The translations under genes and the position numbers were made by a program. Below, piece by piece: positions 9,921-19,281 of a stretch of DNA of 64,000 nucleotides. Each line of letters starts with the position of its first letter. Position 1 is the first letter of the stretch. Location: IMG/VR virus record IMGVR_UViG_2634166419_000001, positions 1 through 64,000 of that record, one strand, 5' to 3'. The notes under the pieces were generated by a model, which saw nothing but the letters and a program-made list of their open reading frames with translations, did not search any database and was not told the DNA's origin. This DNA comes from a virus (lineage: Duplodnaviria; Caudoviricetes).

Positions 9921-10340
9921 GTGATTGAATTTTTTATGCCGATGAAAATTCCGACGGTTACTCACCAACAGAAAAAAGTAGCGGTCAAAAATGGAAAGCC
10001 AATTTTTTACGAAGATAAAAGATTGCAAGATGCACGCGAAAAATTTATGAGTTACTTATCTCATTTTGTTCCAGACGAACGTATTGAAAATGTGCCTATC
10101 AGATTGACAACTAAATGGCTATTTGAATCTGGAAATTTAGTTAAGCATTATGATGGGGAATATAAAATTACCAAGCCTGATACAGATAATTTAGTCAAGT
10201 TGCTAAAAGATTGCATGACGGAATCTCAATTTTGGAAAGATGATGCTTTAGTGGCTAGTGAAATCATCGAAAAATTTTGGGCGAAGACACCAGGAATATA
10301 TGTCAAAGTCGAGGTATTAGACAATGGATTTTTGGGTTAG
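9921..10340 (+). CDS. rusA: RusA-family Holliday junction resolvase
   Basis: TKPDTDNLVKLLKD...WKDDALV. Confidence 0.88.
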   Translation: MIEFFMPMKIPTVTHQQKKVAVKNGKPIFYEDKRLQDAREKFMSYLSHFVPDERIENVPIRLTTKWLFESGNLVKHYDGEYKITKPDTDNLVKLLKDCMTESQFWKDDALVASEIIEKFWAKTPGIYVKVEVLDNGFLG

Positions 10341-10557
10341 CTTTTTCAAAGACTTGTTAAGATGGATGCAACAATCGAATCGACAAGCAGCTAATTTCCC
10401 GATTACCACAGACGAGTATTGGAATTGGGCGTTGGAGAGTTTGGGGAAATTAGAAGTGAAATATCAACGGCATCCGTTAGTGGTCAAAATTTTAACAGCA
10501 GTTTTAGAATATCAAGATGAAAATTTTAGAAAGGAAAGCGATCAGAATGGTAAATAA
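10324..10557 (+). CDS. Hypothetical phage protein
   Basis: In operon, SD present. Confidence 0.7.
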   Translation: MDFWVSFFKDLLRWMQQSNRQAANFPITTDEYWNWALESLGKLEVKYQRHPLVVKILTAVLEYQDENFRKESDQNGK

Positions 10558-10702
10558 AAAATGCACCTTATGCAACGGAACAGGTCGCATCGTCACACAC
10601 AGCGAGAATTTGATTACTGTTCGAGCGTGTCCGAGATGCAATAAACGAGGAACAGTAGTTAATGTCGGAAAAATTAATCAGGAATGGATGCGAAGATTAT
10701 GA
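10547..10702 (+). CDS. Small Zn-finger protein
   Basis: CTLCNGTG and CPRC; homologue at 46271..46429. Confidence 0.7.
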   Translation: MVNKKCTLCNGTGRIVTHSENLITVRACPRCNKRGTVVNVGKINQEWMRRL

Positions 10703-10911
10703 TGAAGATTACTGTAGAATATCCACCGTCGGCTAAAGGCGAGCATTTTATCGAGCCGTATCTGATTATTAATTATACCGTGACAGTTGGTGGAACGATG
10801 ATACAGTTGACGGATGGAAAGATTTTAAAAATCAAAGAAAGCTATAGCTATGTGGATAATTTTGTGACACAAGCGAATATGGAGGCGACGAGATATGGAA
10901 GAATTAATTAA
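10684..10911 (+). CDS. Hypothetical phage protein
   Basis: Almost identical to 46411..46638. Confidence 0.7.
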   Translation: MDAKIMMKITVEYPPSAKGEHFIEPYLIINYTVTVGGTMIQLTDGKILKIKESYSYVDNFVTQANMEATRYGRIN

Positions 10912-11374
10912 AAAAGTACAAGAATGGAGTATCGAGAGAGGGCTAAATACTGCTGATCCAAACAAACAACGATTGAAGTTGTGGGAAGAATTTGGCGAGT
11001 TAAATGCAGCGATTGCTAGAGATAATCGTAAAGATGCGATTGACGCTATTGGCGATATGATAGTCGTGATGATTATTTATAAGCAACAACTAGGGTATGA
11101 CAGCAATGATGTGTTTTGTCCAAGAAAAGATAACGTTGACCTTCTTTCTAGATTAGACGATACCTCATTGATTGATTGTATCGGACGTGGAATTTCTGAC
11201 TCACAAAGTTGTATCGAGGGTTTAGGAATGGTTACTGAAAATCTAACCGTATTAGCGTATCGATTAAATACGAATTTAAAAGAATGTTTAGCTGCTGCAT
11301 ATGATGTGATTAAAGATAGACGTGGAAAGATGGTAAATGGTGTGTTCGTGAAGGAGTCTGATTTGAATGGCTAA
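10895..11374 (+). CDS. MazG-like nucleotide pyrophosphohydrolase
   Basis: KLWEEFGEL, DAIGDMIV, AYDVIKDRRGKMVNGVFVKE. Confidence 0.85.
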   Translation: MEELIKKVQEWSIERGLNTADPNKQRLKLWEEFGELNAAIARDNRKDAIDAIGDMIVVMIIYKQQLGYDSNDVFCPRKDNVDLLSRLDDTSLIDCIGRGISDSQSCIEGLGMVTENLTVLAYRLNTNLKECLAAAYDVIKDRRGKMVNGVFVKESDLNG

Positions 11375-11507
11375 ATCACAGAACAGATGGAATAAAGTTT
11401 ATCAGAAACAACGCAACAACCAACTCATGCGAGCGTGGAATAAATCAAAGAAAGAAGTGATTTCCGGTGGACAAAGACATAATCAAAGTGTTTTGGGGAA
11501 ACGTTGA
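11367..11507 (+). CDS. Small basic protein (46 aa), not in ORF track
   Basis: MAKSQNRWNKVYQKQRNNQLMRAW; homologue 47465..47605 with synonymous changes. Confidence 0.65.
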   Translation: MAKSQNRWNKVYQKQRNNQLMRAWNKSKKEVISGGQRHNQSVLGKR

Positions 11508-11679
11508 TTGGCATAGAAGAAACAAAAATATACCATGGAGTGCTTTTTACTCTGGCGCTAACGGTGTGAGTAAAATGAAGAATCATGAGTTGAATGTTAC
11601 GCTGAAAAAAGTGCAAGAAATTGCTGATAAATTAGATATTGATGATTATACAATCTTATTTGAAAGGGGTTACGACTGA
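11467..11679 (+). CDS. XRE-like HTH protein
   Basis: NVTLKKVQEIADKLDI; homologue 47565..47777. Confidence 0.75.
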   Translation: MDKDIIKVFWGNVDWHRRNKNIPWSAFYSGANGVSKMKNHELNVTLKKVQEIADKLDIDDYTILFERGYD

Positions 11680-12347
11680 TGCCGACAGCCGAGTATTACC
11701 AGGCGATTAAATTATTAAATGATAAATGCGAAGATAACTGGGTAATTGCTATGGATATGTGCAGCGAAGAAGAAAAGAAATTTATTATCGAATCTATCGG
11801 TGGCGATAAATACGTACAAGACGGATTTAAGGAAATTACCTTGAGAAAATGCGACGATGGTCTTTTAAGACGACATAAGCACATATACAAGCATCATCCA
11901 AAGTATTCGAATATTTTAGTCAGCAATAATGGCCGAATATTTAGAATTGAAGAGAAAGTCAGCGAAAGTCAATTTGAAGTAACCTATACAACTAAACGCT
12001 ACAGTCGTATTTCGTGCAACCATAGCGGAAATCCTACAATATCTTTTTTAGGCGCACCAGTTTTAATCAAAAATATTGTCTATGATACATTTGTTGGTGA
12101 CAGAAAGAAAAATGAAATAATCATAAATATTAATGGCGATAAGCGAGATAATCGCTTGAGTAATTTAAAAATAGAAACGCCATTAGACAGGTTTATGAGT
12201 CACGAGCTATACCCATACCTAGACGAAATTGTGGAAATGCAGAAACGTAATGTAGCATTAAAATTTATAGCCGGTAAATTCGAAGTGACACGAAGTAAGT
12301 TGGTTTGGTTTTTGAGTAATGCTAGAAAGCTAGGAGTGATTGAATGA
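11679..12347 (+). CDS. Degenerate NUMOD4/HNH-like protein with C-terminal HTH-like region
   Basis: VSNNGRI and NINGDKRDNRLSNL without the usual His residues. Confidence 0.6.
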   Translation: MPTAEYYQAIKLLNDKCEDNWVIAMDMCSEEEKKFIIESIGGDKYVQDGFKEITLRKCDDGLLRRHKHIYKHHPKYSNILVSNNGRIFRIEEKVSESQFEVTYTTKRYSRISCNHSGNPTISFLGAPVLIKNIVYDTFVGDRKKNEIIININGDKRDNRLSNLKIETPLDRFMSHELYPYLDEIVEMQKRNVALKFIAGKFEVTRSKLVWFLSNARKLGVIE

Positions 12348-12454
12348 TGAAGATAATTGAAAGGGCGATTTTTATTAGTACATATCCAGTAGAGAGAAAA
12401 TAGTGTGGACACCTCCTCCGCCAGATTATCTTAACGCAAAGGAGCATAAGAATT

Positions 12455-12868
12455 TTGAATAGAAATTTAACAAGTTACCTTGAAGAAAAATTTAAGCTAT
12501 ATCCAAAGTATCCATCAATGATTGCTAGACGAAGAGCAGAGTTGGAATGCAGAAAAGAAGTTGACGAATCGTTGTCAATAAGTAAATCTAACTATGGAAA
12601 TCACGAAGAAAATAAACGAGTTAAAATTTTAGATGATGCAGCAATTAATAATTATTATCGGCTATACAAAGGTGTTGAAAAAACATTAGAATATTTAGAG
12701 AAAAAAGATCCAGAAAAACGAACGTTAATCGAAGATAGATACTGGGGAGAACATTCGTGGAAAAACTGGAAAGAATACGCTGAATCAATTAATTACTCAG
12801 TAAGAAGTGCGTATCGATTGCGAGATGAAGTGTTGGCAATCTTTGCAGAAAAAATTGGTGAGTTTTAA
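12455..12868 (+). CDS. RinA-like late transcriptional activator
   Basis: LIEDRYW...YSVRSAYRLR C-terminal HTH; last gene before packaging module. Confidence 0.8.
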   Translation: MNRNLTSYLEEKFKLYPKYPSMIARRRAELECRKEVDESLSISKSNYGNHEENKRVKILDDAAINNYYRLYKGVEKTLEYLEKKDPEKRTLIEDRYWGEHSWKNWKEYAESINYSVRSAYRLRDEVLAIFAEKIGEF

Positions 12869-12871
12869 AAG

Positions 12872-12920
12872 TTGGCACAAAACAATATAGAATTGACAAG
12901 CATATTGAATTATTATGATA
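12872..12920 (+). promoter_or_regulatory. Putative late promoter of prophage 1
   Basis: TTGGCACA, TTGACA (12893) and TATTAT/TATGAT with non-canonical spacing right after the activator gene. Confidence 0.5.
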
Positions 12921-13003
12921 GCATAAGGTTTTAAGGGAAAGGATAGTATATATCCTTGGCATCCTCCTTATGGTTCCCTGTTTTCATTCAATACCCTCAA
13001 TAT

Positions 13004-13034
13004 GGCATCCACAGAACGTGGGTGTCTTTATTTT
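13004..13034 (+). terminator. Intrinsic terminator-like hairpin
   Basis: GGCATCCAC/GTGGGTGTC followed by TTTATTTT. Confidence 0.6.
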
Positions 13035-13047
13035 GCAGAAAGGACGG

Positions 13048-13170
13048 ATGAAAATGTTGCTATTAAAATTAATCGGTTATGCATTTGGAATATTAATCGT
13101 AGTAGCTATCGTATGTATGATAGCGGCTATTATCATGGCTACCTTCGACGAGAGCAAGCACGACCGGTAG
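13048..13170 (+). CDS. Small single-TM protein
   Basis: SD AAAGGA, 40-aa hydrophobic peptide. Confidence 0.55.
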   Translation: MKMLLLKLIGYAFGILIVVAIVCMIAAIIMATFDESKHDR

Positions 13171-13210
13171 CTAAATAATATGATTAATCAAACACGGGGA
13201 GGTTGGACGG

Positions 13211-13552
13211 ATGAGAGCTGATAGAGTAGGACAACATCGTACAGCTTTTGAGAAAAACCGAAAGCGCATATTAATGACTGAGAACACTTGTGGGATATGT
13301 GGTCAACCGGTCGATAAGAACCTCAAACCACCACATCCATTGAGCCCAGTCATAGACCATATCATTCCGATTAATAAAGGTGGACATCCATCAGATATTA
13401 ATAACTTACAGCTTGCTCATTGGCAGTGCAACAGAGCGAAGTCTGACAAGCTGTTCAATTCAAAGGAAATCAAAACAGAAACAAAAACTAATGTAATAGG
13501 CAATCGAAATCTGCCTCAAAGCATTGATTGGTTAAATTATAGAAGTAAATGA
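13211..13552 (+). CDS. Packaging-associated HNH endonuclease
   Basis: CGIC, DHIIP..GG, NLQLAHWQCNRAK; directly before head genes. Confidence 0.88.
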   Translation: MRADRVGQHRTAFEKNRKRILMTENTCGICGQPVDKNLKPPHPLSPVIDHIIPINKGGHPSDINNLQLAHWQCNRAKSDKLFNSKEIKTETKTNVIGNRNLPQSIDWLNYRSK

Positions 13553-13653
13553 GCGATAAGGTATAGCGGGGTGGGTACCCCTTGAATTGTTGCTTAGCAC
13601 TTCACGCCGTCATTGCAAGTTTTTTCTCGCGCGAGATGAAAGGAGTATGAAAA

Positions 13654-14883
13654 ATGCCATATAAAGGTATAGATTATTTAAAAAGAAAGCTGATTTCAAA
13701 GCGTTCTAGGGTTCAGTTGCGTTATAAACAATACGCGATGAAGCATAGTGATTATGAAGTAGGTATCACTATTCCAACTGAAATAAGACAGAGATATAAA
13801 GCTGTGATGGGATGGTGTGCGAAAGGCGTAGATGCCTTAGCTGACCGTTTGATGTTTCGAGAATTTGAGAATGACGATTTTGAAGTAAATGAGATTTTCC
13901 ATGCTAACAATCCAGATATCTTTTTTGACAGCGCAGTGCTTTCAGCTTTGATTGCATCGTGCTGTTTTGTCTATGTATCTAGTGGCGACGATGGTATGCC
14001 AAGATTACAAATCATCGAGGCGAGCGATGCTACTGGAGTTATTGATCCAATTACCGGATTATTAACAGAGGGATACGCTGTCCTTCAAAGAGACGATAAC
14101 GATTTACCAATTTTAGAAGCGTATTTTCTAAAGGAACGTACTTGGTTTTATCCAAAAGACGGCAAGGCTTATAGCATCGAAAATAAAGCAGGCATTCCAT
14201 TGCTAGTGCCAATTATCCATCGTCCTGATGCAGTCCGTCCGTTTGGTCGTTCAAGAATTACGCGTTCTGCGATGTATTATCAAAGATACGCTAAACGAAC
14301 GATGGAACGTGCAGATATTACTGCTGAATTCTATTCATTTCCACAAAAATATGTAGTAGGACTTTCACAAGACGCTGAACCGATGGATACTTGGAAAGCA
14401 ACTGTTTCATCAATGCTGCAATTTACAAAGGATGATGAAGGGGGTAATCCTACTCTTGGTCAATTTAGTACATCAAATATGTCACCTTTTACTGAGCAGC
14501 TTAGAACAGCAGCTGCTGGTTTTGCTGGGGAAATGGGATTAACCTTGGATGATTTGGGGTTTGTGTCAGACAATCCTTCAAGTGTAGAAGCGATTAAAGC
14601 TAGTCATGAGGGGTTGCGTTTAGCCGGTAAGAAAGCACAGAGAAGTCTAGGCTCAGGACTACTTAACGTAGCTTATGTGGCAGTCTGTCTAAGAGATGAG
14701 TTCACATACACTCGGACAAGATTCATGGACACCATTCCTAAATGGGAACCACTATTTGAAGCCGATGCATCTGCTTTAGGTCTTATTGGCGACGCAGCAA
14801 TCAAACTGAATCAAGCTATTCCAGGATTGGTAGATGAAGCGATGATTCGTGATTATACGGGTATGGGTGGTAAAAATGGATAA
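13654..14883 (+). CDS. Portal protein
   Basis: GWCAKGVDALADRL, RPFGRSRI, AEFYSFPQ, NPSSVEAI. Confidence 0.85.
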   Translation: MPYKGIDYLKRKLISKRSRVQLRYKQYAMKHSDYEVGITIPTEIRQRYKAVMGWCAKGVDALADRLMFREFENDDFEVNEIFHANNPDIFFDSAVLSALIASCCFVYVSSGDDGMPRLQIIEASDATGVIDPITGLLTEGYAVLQRDDNDLPILEAYFLKERTWFYPKDGKAYSIENKAGIPLLVPIIHRPDAVRPFGRSRITRSAMYYQRYAKRTMERADITAEFYSFPQKYVVGLSQDAEPMDTWKATVSSMLQFTKDDEGGNPTLGQFSTSNMSPFTEQLRTAAAGFAGEMGLTLDDLGFVSDNPSSVEAIKASHEGLRLAGKKAQRSLGSGLLNVAYVAVCLRDEFTYTRTRFMDTIPKWEPLFEADASALGLIGDAAIKLNQAIPGLVDEAMIRDYTGMGGKNG

Positions 14884-15592
14884 AGATATTGTACCTGAAT
14901 TACTTGAGAAGATAAAAAAAGAATTCGAAAAAGAAAAAGTTGCAAACAAAAATATCAATCAATTATTAAAGTTGCTAGATGAGAACAGTGCTACATATTT
15001 AGAAGCTAATAAATACGCAATTGAAATTGGTGAATTGCTTTCTAAAATTCTAAATAGGCATATTACTGTAGAAATACTACCTGATGGTAAGATGTATTTT
15101 AATATTGCTGATCGCGTATTAAACGAAACACTTAAAAATAATTACGAATTAATTTCTGATTATGCAGAAAATGTACAATATCAATTGAATAAAAAGGCGA
15201 ATTTAGGAATTAAATCAAAACGTCCATCTATCAATCAAGATAGAATCGATGGAATTGTAAATAGAATATCTACCGAGGAGTCGTTTGATGATATTAAGTG
15301 GATTCTAGGCGATCCGATTGTGAATTTCAGTCAGAGTATTGTTGATGAATTCATTAAATCAAACGTTGAATTTCACAATGAAATAGGATTAGAACCAGAA
15401 ATCAAAAGAATTGCAGTTGGAAAAGCGTGCAAATGGTGTAGAAGCCTAGAGGGAAGTTATAGTTATCCTGATAATGTACCAAAAGATGTGTATCATCGAC
15501 ACGAGAATTGTCGCTGTATGGTAGATTATCACCCGAAAGATAGTAGAGGAAAACAAAACGTCTGGAACAAGAGTTGGACAAAAAATATTTAG
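14876..15592 (+). CDS. Minor capsid/head morphogenesis protein
   Basis: ACKWC and HENCRC motifs; follows portal. Confidence 0.7.
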   Translation: MDKDIVPELLEKIKKEFEKEKVANKNINQLLKLLDENSATYLEANKYAIEIGELLSKILNRHITVEILPDGKMYFNIADRVLNETLKNNYELISDYAENVQYQLNKKANLGIKSKRPSINQDRIDGIVNRISTEESFDDIKWILGDPIVNFSQSIVDEFIKSNVEFHNEIGLEPEIKRIAVGKACKWCRSLEGSYSYPDNVPKDVYHRHENCRCMVDYHPKDSRGKQNVWNKSWTKNI

Positions 15593-15718
15593 TATTCAAC
15601 TATTATTATCTCACAACGCGTAAAATAAAGGTGGTGGTCAAGATGAGTGATGAATGGGATGAGTTAGAAGAATTGGAAAATATTGGACTCATCTAAAAAG
15701 ATTGAAAGGGGCGATAAA

Positions 15719-17125
15719 ATGACCAACAAACGAGTTGGCAATCAAACTCCTACTCAATCGGTAATAATACCATATCAGAAAACTTTAAGCGATGAAGCTG
15801 TTAAGTATTATGAGCGCACAGGCTTGAAATGTTACGATTGGCAGAAAAATTTGCTAGATAGCATTATGGCTATTGATGAAGAAGGCTTGTGGGTACATCA
15901 GAAATTCGGATATGCTATACCGCGTCGAAACGGTAAGACAGAAGTTATCTACATTAAAGAAATATGGGCTTTAGAACAAGGCCTTAACGTCTTACACACT
16001 GCGCACCGAATCAGCACTTCTCATGCGTCTTTTGAAAAGGTCAAGCGTTATCTTGAAAAGTCTGGGTACGTTGACGGTACGGATTTCAATTCGATTAAAG
16101 CTAAAGGTCAAGAACGTATTGAATTATATGAATCAGGTGGAGTCATACAATTCCGTACACGTACATCTAGTGGCGGTCTTGGTGAAGGGTTTGACCTTTT
16201 AGTAATCGATGAAGCGCAAGAATACACGATGGAACAGGAATCAGCTCTTAAATACACAGTTACCGATTCGGACAATCCACAAACAATCATGTGTGGAACG
16301 CCACCAACTCCTGTATCAAGTGGTACGGTATTTACAAGTTATCGTGATACAGTGCTTGCTGGAGGGGCTAAGTATTCTGGTTGGGCTGAATGGTCTGTTG
16401 ATAGCCAGAAAGATATTCATGATGTGGATGCTTGGTATAATTCCAATCCATCTTTGGGTTATCATTTGTCTGAGCGTAAAATTGAAGCTGAGTTGGGCGA
16501 TGATAAACTGGACCACAATATCCAACGTTTAGGATACTGGCCAAAGTATAATCAGAAGTCGGCTATCACTAAAGGCGAATGGGATACTTTAAAAGTCAAT
16601 GAATTGCCTACGTTTAATGGGCCGCTCTTCATTGGCATTAAATACGGCAACGATAATACCAACGTGGCGATGAGTGTAGCAGTCAGAACAGATGATAATC
16701 GCATTTTTATCGAGACATTAGACTGTCAATCAATTAGAAATGGCAACCAGTGGATTATTAATTTTATCAAAAATGCCGATGTGGCTAAGGTAGTAGTCGA
16801 TGGTGCGAATGGTCAAAAAATTTTAGCTGATGAATTTAAGGATTTTGGTCTTAAAAAACCGATTATGCCAACAGTTAAAGAAATCATCGTGGCCAACTCA
16901 TTATGGAGTCAAGCGATTTACCAAAAAGAATTGTGTCATAATAATCAGCCATCGTTGGCTAAAGTGGCTACCAACTGTGAGAAGCGCAATATTGGCTCGA
17001 ATGGTGGATTTGGTTATCGGTCACAGTTTGATGATATGGATATTAGTTTAATGGATAGTGCACTTTTAGCACATTGGGCTTGCTATACAACCAAGCCAAA
17101 GAAAAAACAAAAAATCAGGTATTAG
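15719..17125 (+). CDS. terL: Terminase large subunit
   Basis: PRRNGKT Walker A, LLVIDEAQ Walker B, GTPP. Confidence 0.92.
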   Translation: MTNKRVGNQTPTQSVIIPYQKTLSDEAVKYYERTGLKCYDWQKNLLDSIMAIDEEGLWVHQKFGYAIPRRNGKTEVIYIKEIWALEQGLNVLHTAHRISTSHASFEKVKRYLEKSGYVDGTDFNSIKAKGQERIELYESGGVIQFRTRTSSGGLGEGFDLLVIDEAQEYTMEQESALKYTVTDSDNPQTIMCGTPPTPVSSGTVFTSYRDTVLAGGAKYSGWAEWSVDSQKDIHDVDAWYNSNPSLGYHLSERKIEAELGDDKLDHNIQRLGYWPKYNQKSAITKGEWDTLKVNELPTFNGPLFIGIKYGNDNTNVAMSVAVRTDDNRIFIETLDCQSIRNGNQWIINFIKNADVAKVVVDGANGQKILADEFKDFGLKKPIMPTVKEIIVANSLWSQAIYQKELCHNNQPSLAKVATNCEKRNIGSNGGFGYRSQFDDMDISLMDSALLAHWACYTTKPKKKQKIRY

Positions 17126-17151
17126 GCATCTCAAAAAGAGGTGCTTTTTTA
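17124..17151 (+). terminator. Terminator-like hairpin after terL
   Basis: AGGCATCTC/GAGGTGCTT plus T-run. Confidence 0.6.
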
Positions 17152-17200
17152 ATACAAAAATTACCGAACTGCCGGGTAAGCAGGAGAAAGGATGTTTGGA

Positions 17201-17668
17201 ATGTCATTTAAAACAATCGAAACACAAGAAGAGTTGGACAATATTCTTAAAGAGCGTTTAGCACGTCAAAAACAGCAATATGAAGAACAATTGCAAGGAT
17301 ATGGCCAGCTTAAGACTCAATATGAGGATTTACAAAAAGAAGCTGCTGGATTTAAGTCAGCGTTAGAAGAAGCTACGCAGAAAGCAAACACAAGTGAGCA
17401 ATCAATCGCAGATCTGCAATCAAAGGTAACGAGCTATGAACAAGCTCAATTAAGAACGAAAATCGCCTTACAACAAGGATTGCCATTTGAATTAGCTGAT
17501 AGATTGGCCGGAACTAATGAAGACGAATTGAAGGCAGATGCAGAACGTTTAGCAGGATTTTTAACACCAAAAGAACCGACTGCACCATTAAAAAGTGTGG
17601 AAGAACCAGGTATTGTCGGTGAAAATGCTGCTTATCGTTCAATGTTGCAAAATTTAAGCAAAGATTAA
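17201..17668 (+). CDS. Capsid scaffolding protein (DUF4355-like)
   Basis: TQEELDNILKERLAR coiled coil; precedes capsid gene. Confidence 0.8.
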   Translation: MSFKTIETQEELDNILKERLARQKQQYEEQLQGYGQLKTQYEDLQKEAAGFKSALEEATQKANTSEQSIADLQSKVTSYEQAQLRTKIALQQGLPFELADRLAGTNEDELKADAERLAGFLTPKEPTAPLKSVEEPGIVGENAAYRSMLQNLSKD

Positions 17669-17683
17669 AGGAGAGAAAATATT

Positions 17684-18589
17684 ATGACAGACAACTCATT
17701 AAAAGCAGGAACACTATTTAAACCGGAATTAGTAAAAGAATTAATTTCTAAAGTACAAGGGAAATCAGTTTTAGCGAAATTATCAGCGCAAACACCTATT
17801 CCTTTTAACGGAACAGAACAGTTTATTTTTAATTTAGAAGGCAATGCTCAAATTGTCGGTGAAGGTGCGCAAAAAGGCGCAGGCGAAGCGACTTTGACTT
17901 CTAAAGTGATTAAACCTATTAAATTCGTCTATCAAGCACGTATCACTGATGAATTTAAGTATGCTTCTGAAGAAAAGCAAATCCAATACTTACAATCATT
18001 TAGCGATGGATTTGCTAAGAAAATTGCTGAAGCGTTTGATATTGCAGCTTTACATGGATTAGAACCAAAATCAATGGCGGATGCAAGCTTTAGAGCGACC
18101 AACTCATTTGATGGTCAAATTACAGCCAACGTAGTAACTTATGCTGAAGCTACTTTTGACGATAATATTGAAGCAGCAGTGCAACAAGTGACTGCTAAAG
18201 GTGGAGAGGTTACAGGTATCGCGCTATCTCCTGTCGGTGGCCAAGCGTTAGCTAAAATTAAAGATACAAATAAAAATCCGTTATACCCAGAGTTCCGCTT
18301 TGGTCAAAACCCTAACTCATTCTATGGTATGGCATCCGATATTAATAAGAACTTAACTGTAACTGGCGGAACAGCTGAAACAGACCACGCTATTGTTGGT
18401 GATTTCCAAAATATGTTCAAATGGGGTTACGCAGAAAATATTCCGTTAGAAATTATCGAATACGGCGATCCTGATGGTGCTGGTCGCGACTTGAAAGCAT
18501 ATAACGAAATCTGTTTACGTGCTGAAGCATTTATCGGATGGGGTATTTTAGACACAGATGCATTTGCTCGTGTAAAAGCAGGTGCCTAG
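17684..18589 (+). CDS. Major capsid protein
   Basis: VGEG, AIVGDF, LRAEAFIGWGI..AFA. Confidence 0.9.
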   Translation: MTDNSLKAGTLFKPELVKELISKVQGKSVLAKLSAQTPIPFNGTEQFIFNLEGNAQIVGEGAQKGAGEATLTSKVIKPIKFVYQARITDEFKYASEEKQIQYLQSFSDGFAKKIAEAFDIAALHGLEPKSMADASFRATNSFDGQITANVVTYAEATFDDNIEAAVQQVTAKGGEVTGIALSPVGGQALAKIKDTNKNPLYPEFRFGQNPNSFYGMASDINKNLTVTGGTAETDHAIVGDFQNMFKWGYAENIPLEIIEYGDPDGAGRDLKAYNEICLRAEAFIGWGILDTDAFARVKAGA

Positions 18590-18601
18590 AGGTGATTTAC
18601 T

Positions 18602-18877
18602 ATGAGATATAAAGATATCAAAACAGGCGCTATCATCGTAACTGATAGCGTCCTTGGTGGTGATTGGGTGCCAGCTGATGAATTAGCTGCAAACGTCGAA
18701 AAAGAACCATCAGAAATTGGAAAAGAGCCTGATGTAGCAGAAGAAGTAGTTGAAGAAGATGAAAAACTTGATGAATTGACCGTAGCAGAATTAAAAGCTC
18801 GACTAGATGAAATGGGTGTAACTTATCCAAATAGTGCTAGAAAACAAGATTTGATTGATATCTTATCTCAATTTTAG
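18602..18877 (+). CDS. Head accessory protein with HeH/Rho-N-like C-terminus
   Basis: LTVAELKARLDEMGV..ARKQDLI. Confidence 0.65.
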   Translation: MRYKDIKTGAIIVTDSVLGGDWVPADELAANVEKEPSEIGKEPDVAEEVVEEDEKLDELTVAELKARLDEMGVTYPNSARKQDLIDILSQF

Positions 18878-18888
18878 GTGGTGGTAAG

Positions 18889-19281
18889 ATGAATTTTGCA
18901 ACCATTGATGACTTATCTCAACTTTGGCGACCTCTGAAACCAGGGGAGATAGAACGAGCAGAATCATTGCTAACAGTCGTATCTGATTCGCTAAGGATTG
19001 AAGCTCAAAAAGTTGGTAAAGATTTAGATGTATTAGTGGCTGATAGTGTGTCTTTTGCTAATGTAGTTAAATCGGTAACGGTCGATGTTGTCGCTCGTAC
19101 ATTGATGACTTCTACGGACCAGGAACCAATGACTCAGGTTACAGAAAGTGCTTTGGGATATTCAGTTCAGGGTTCTTTTCTTGTTCCTGGTGGTGGTTTA
19201 TTTATCAAAAATAGCGAATTGGCACGATTGGGATTGCGTAGGCAGAGATATGGAGTGATGGAACTATATGACTATGATTAA
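18889..19281 (+). CDS. Head-tail connector (Gp19/Gp15/Gp42-like)
   Basis: FATIDDL..LWRPL, ESALGYS; position. Confidence 0.78.
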   Translation: MNFATIDDLSQLWRPLKPGEIERAESLLTVVSDSLRIEAQKVGKDLDVLVADSVSFANVVKSVTVDVVARTLMTSTDQEPMTQVTESALGYSVQGSFLVPGGGLFIKNSELARLGLRRQRYGVMELYDYD

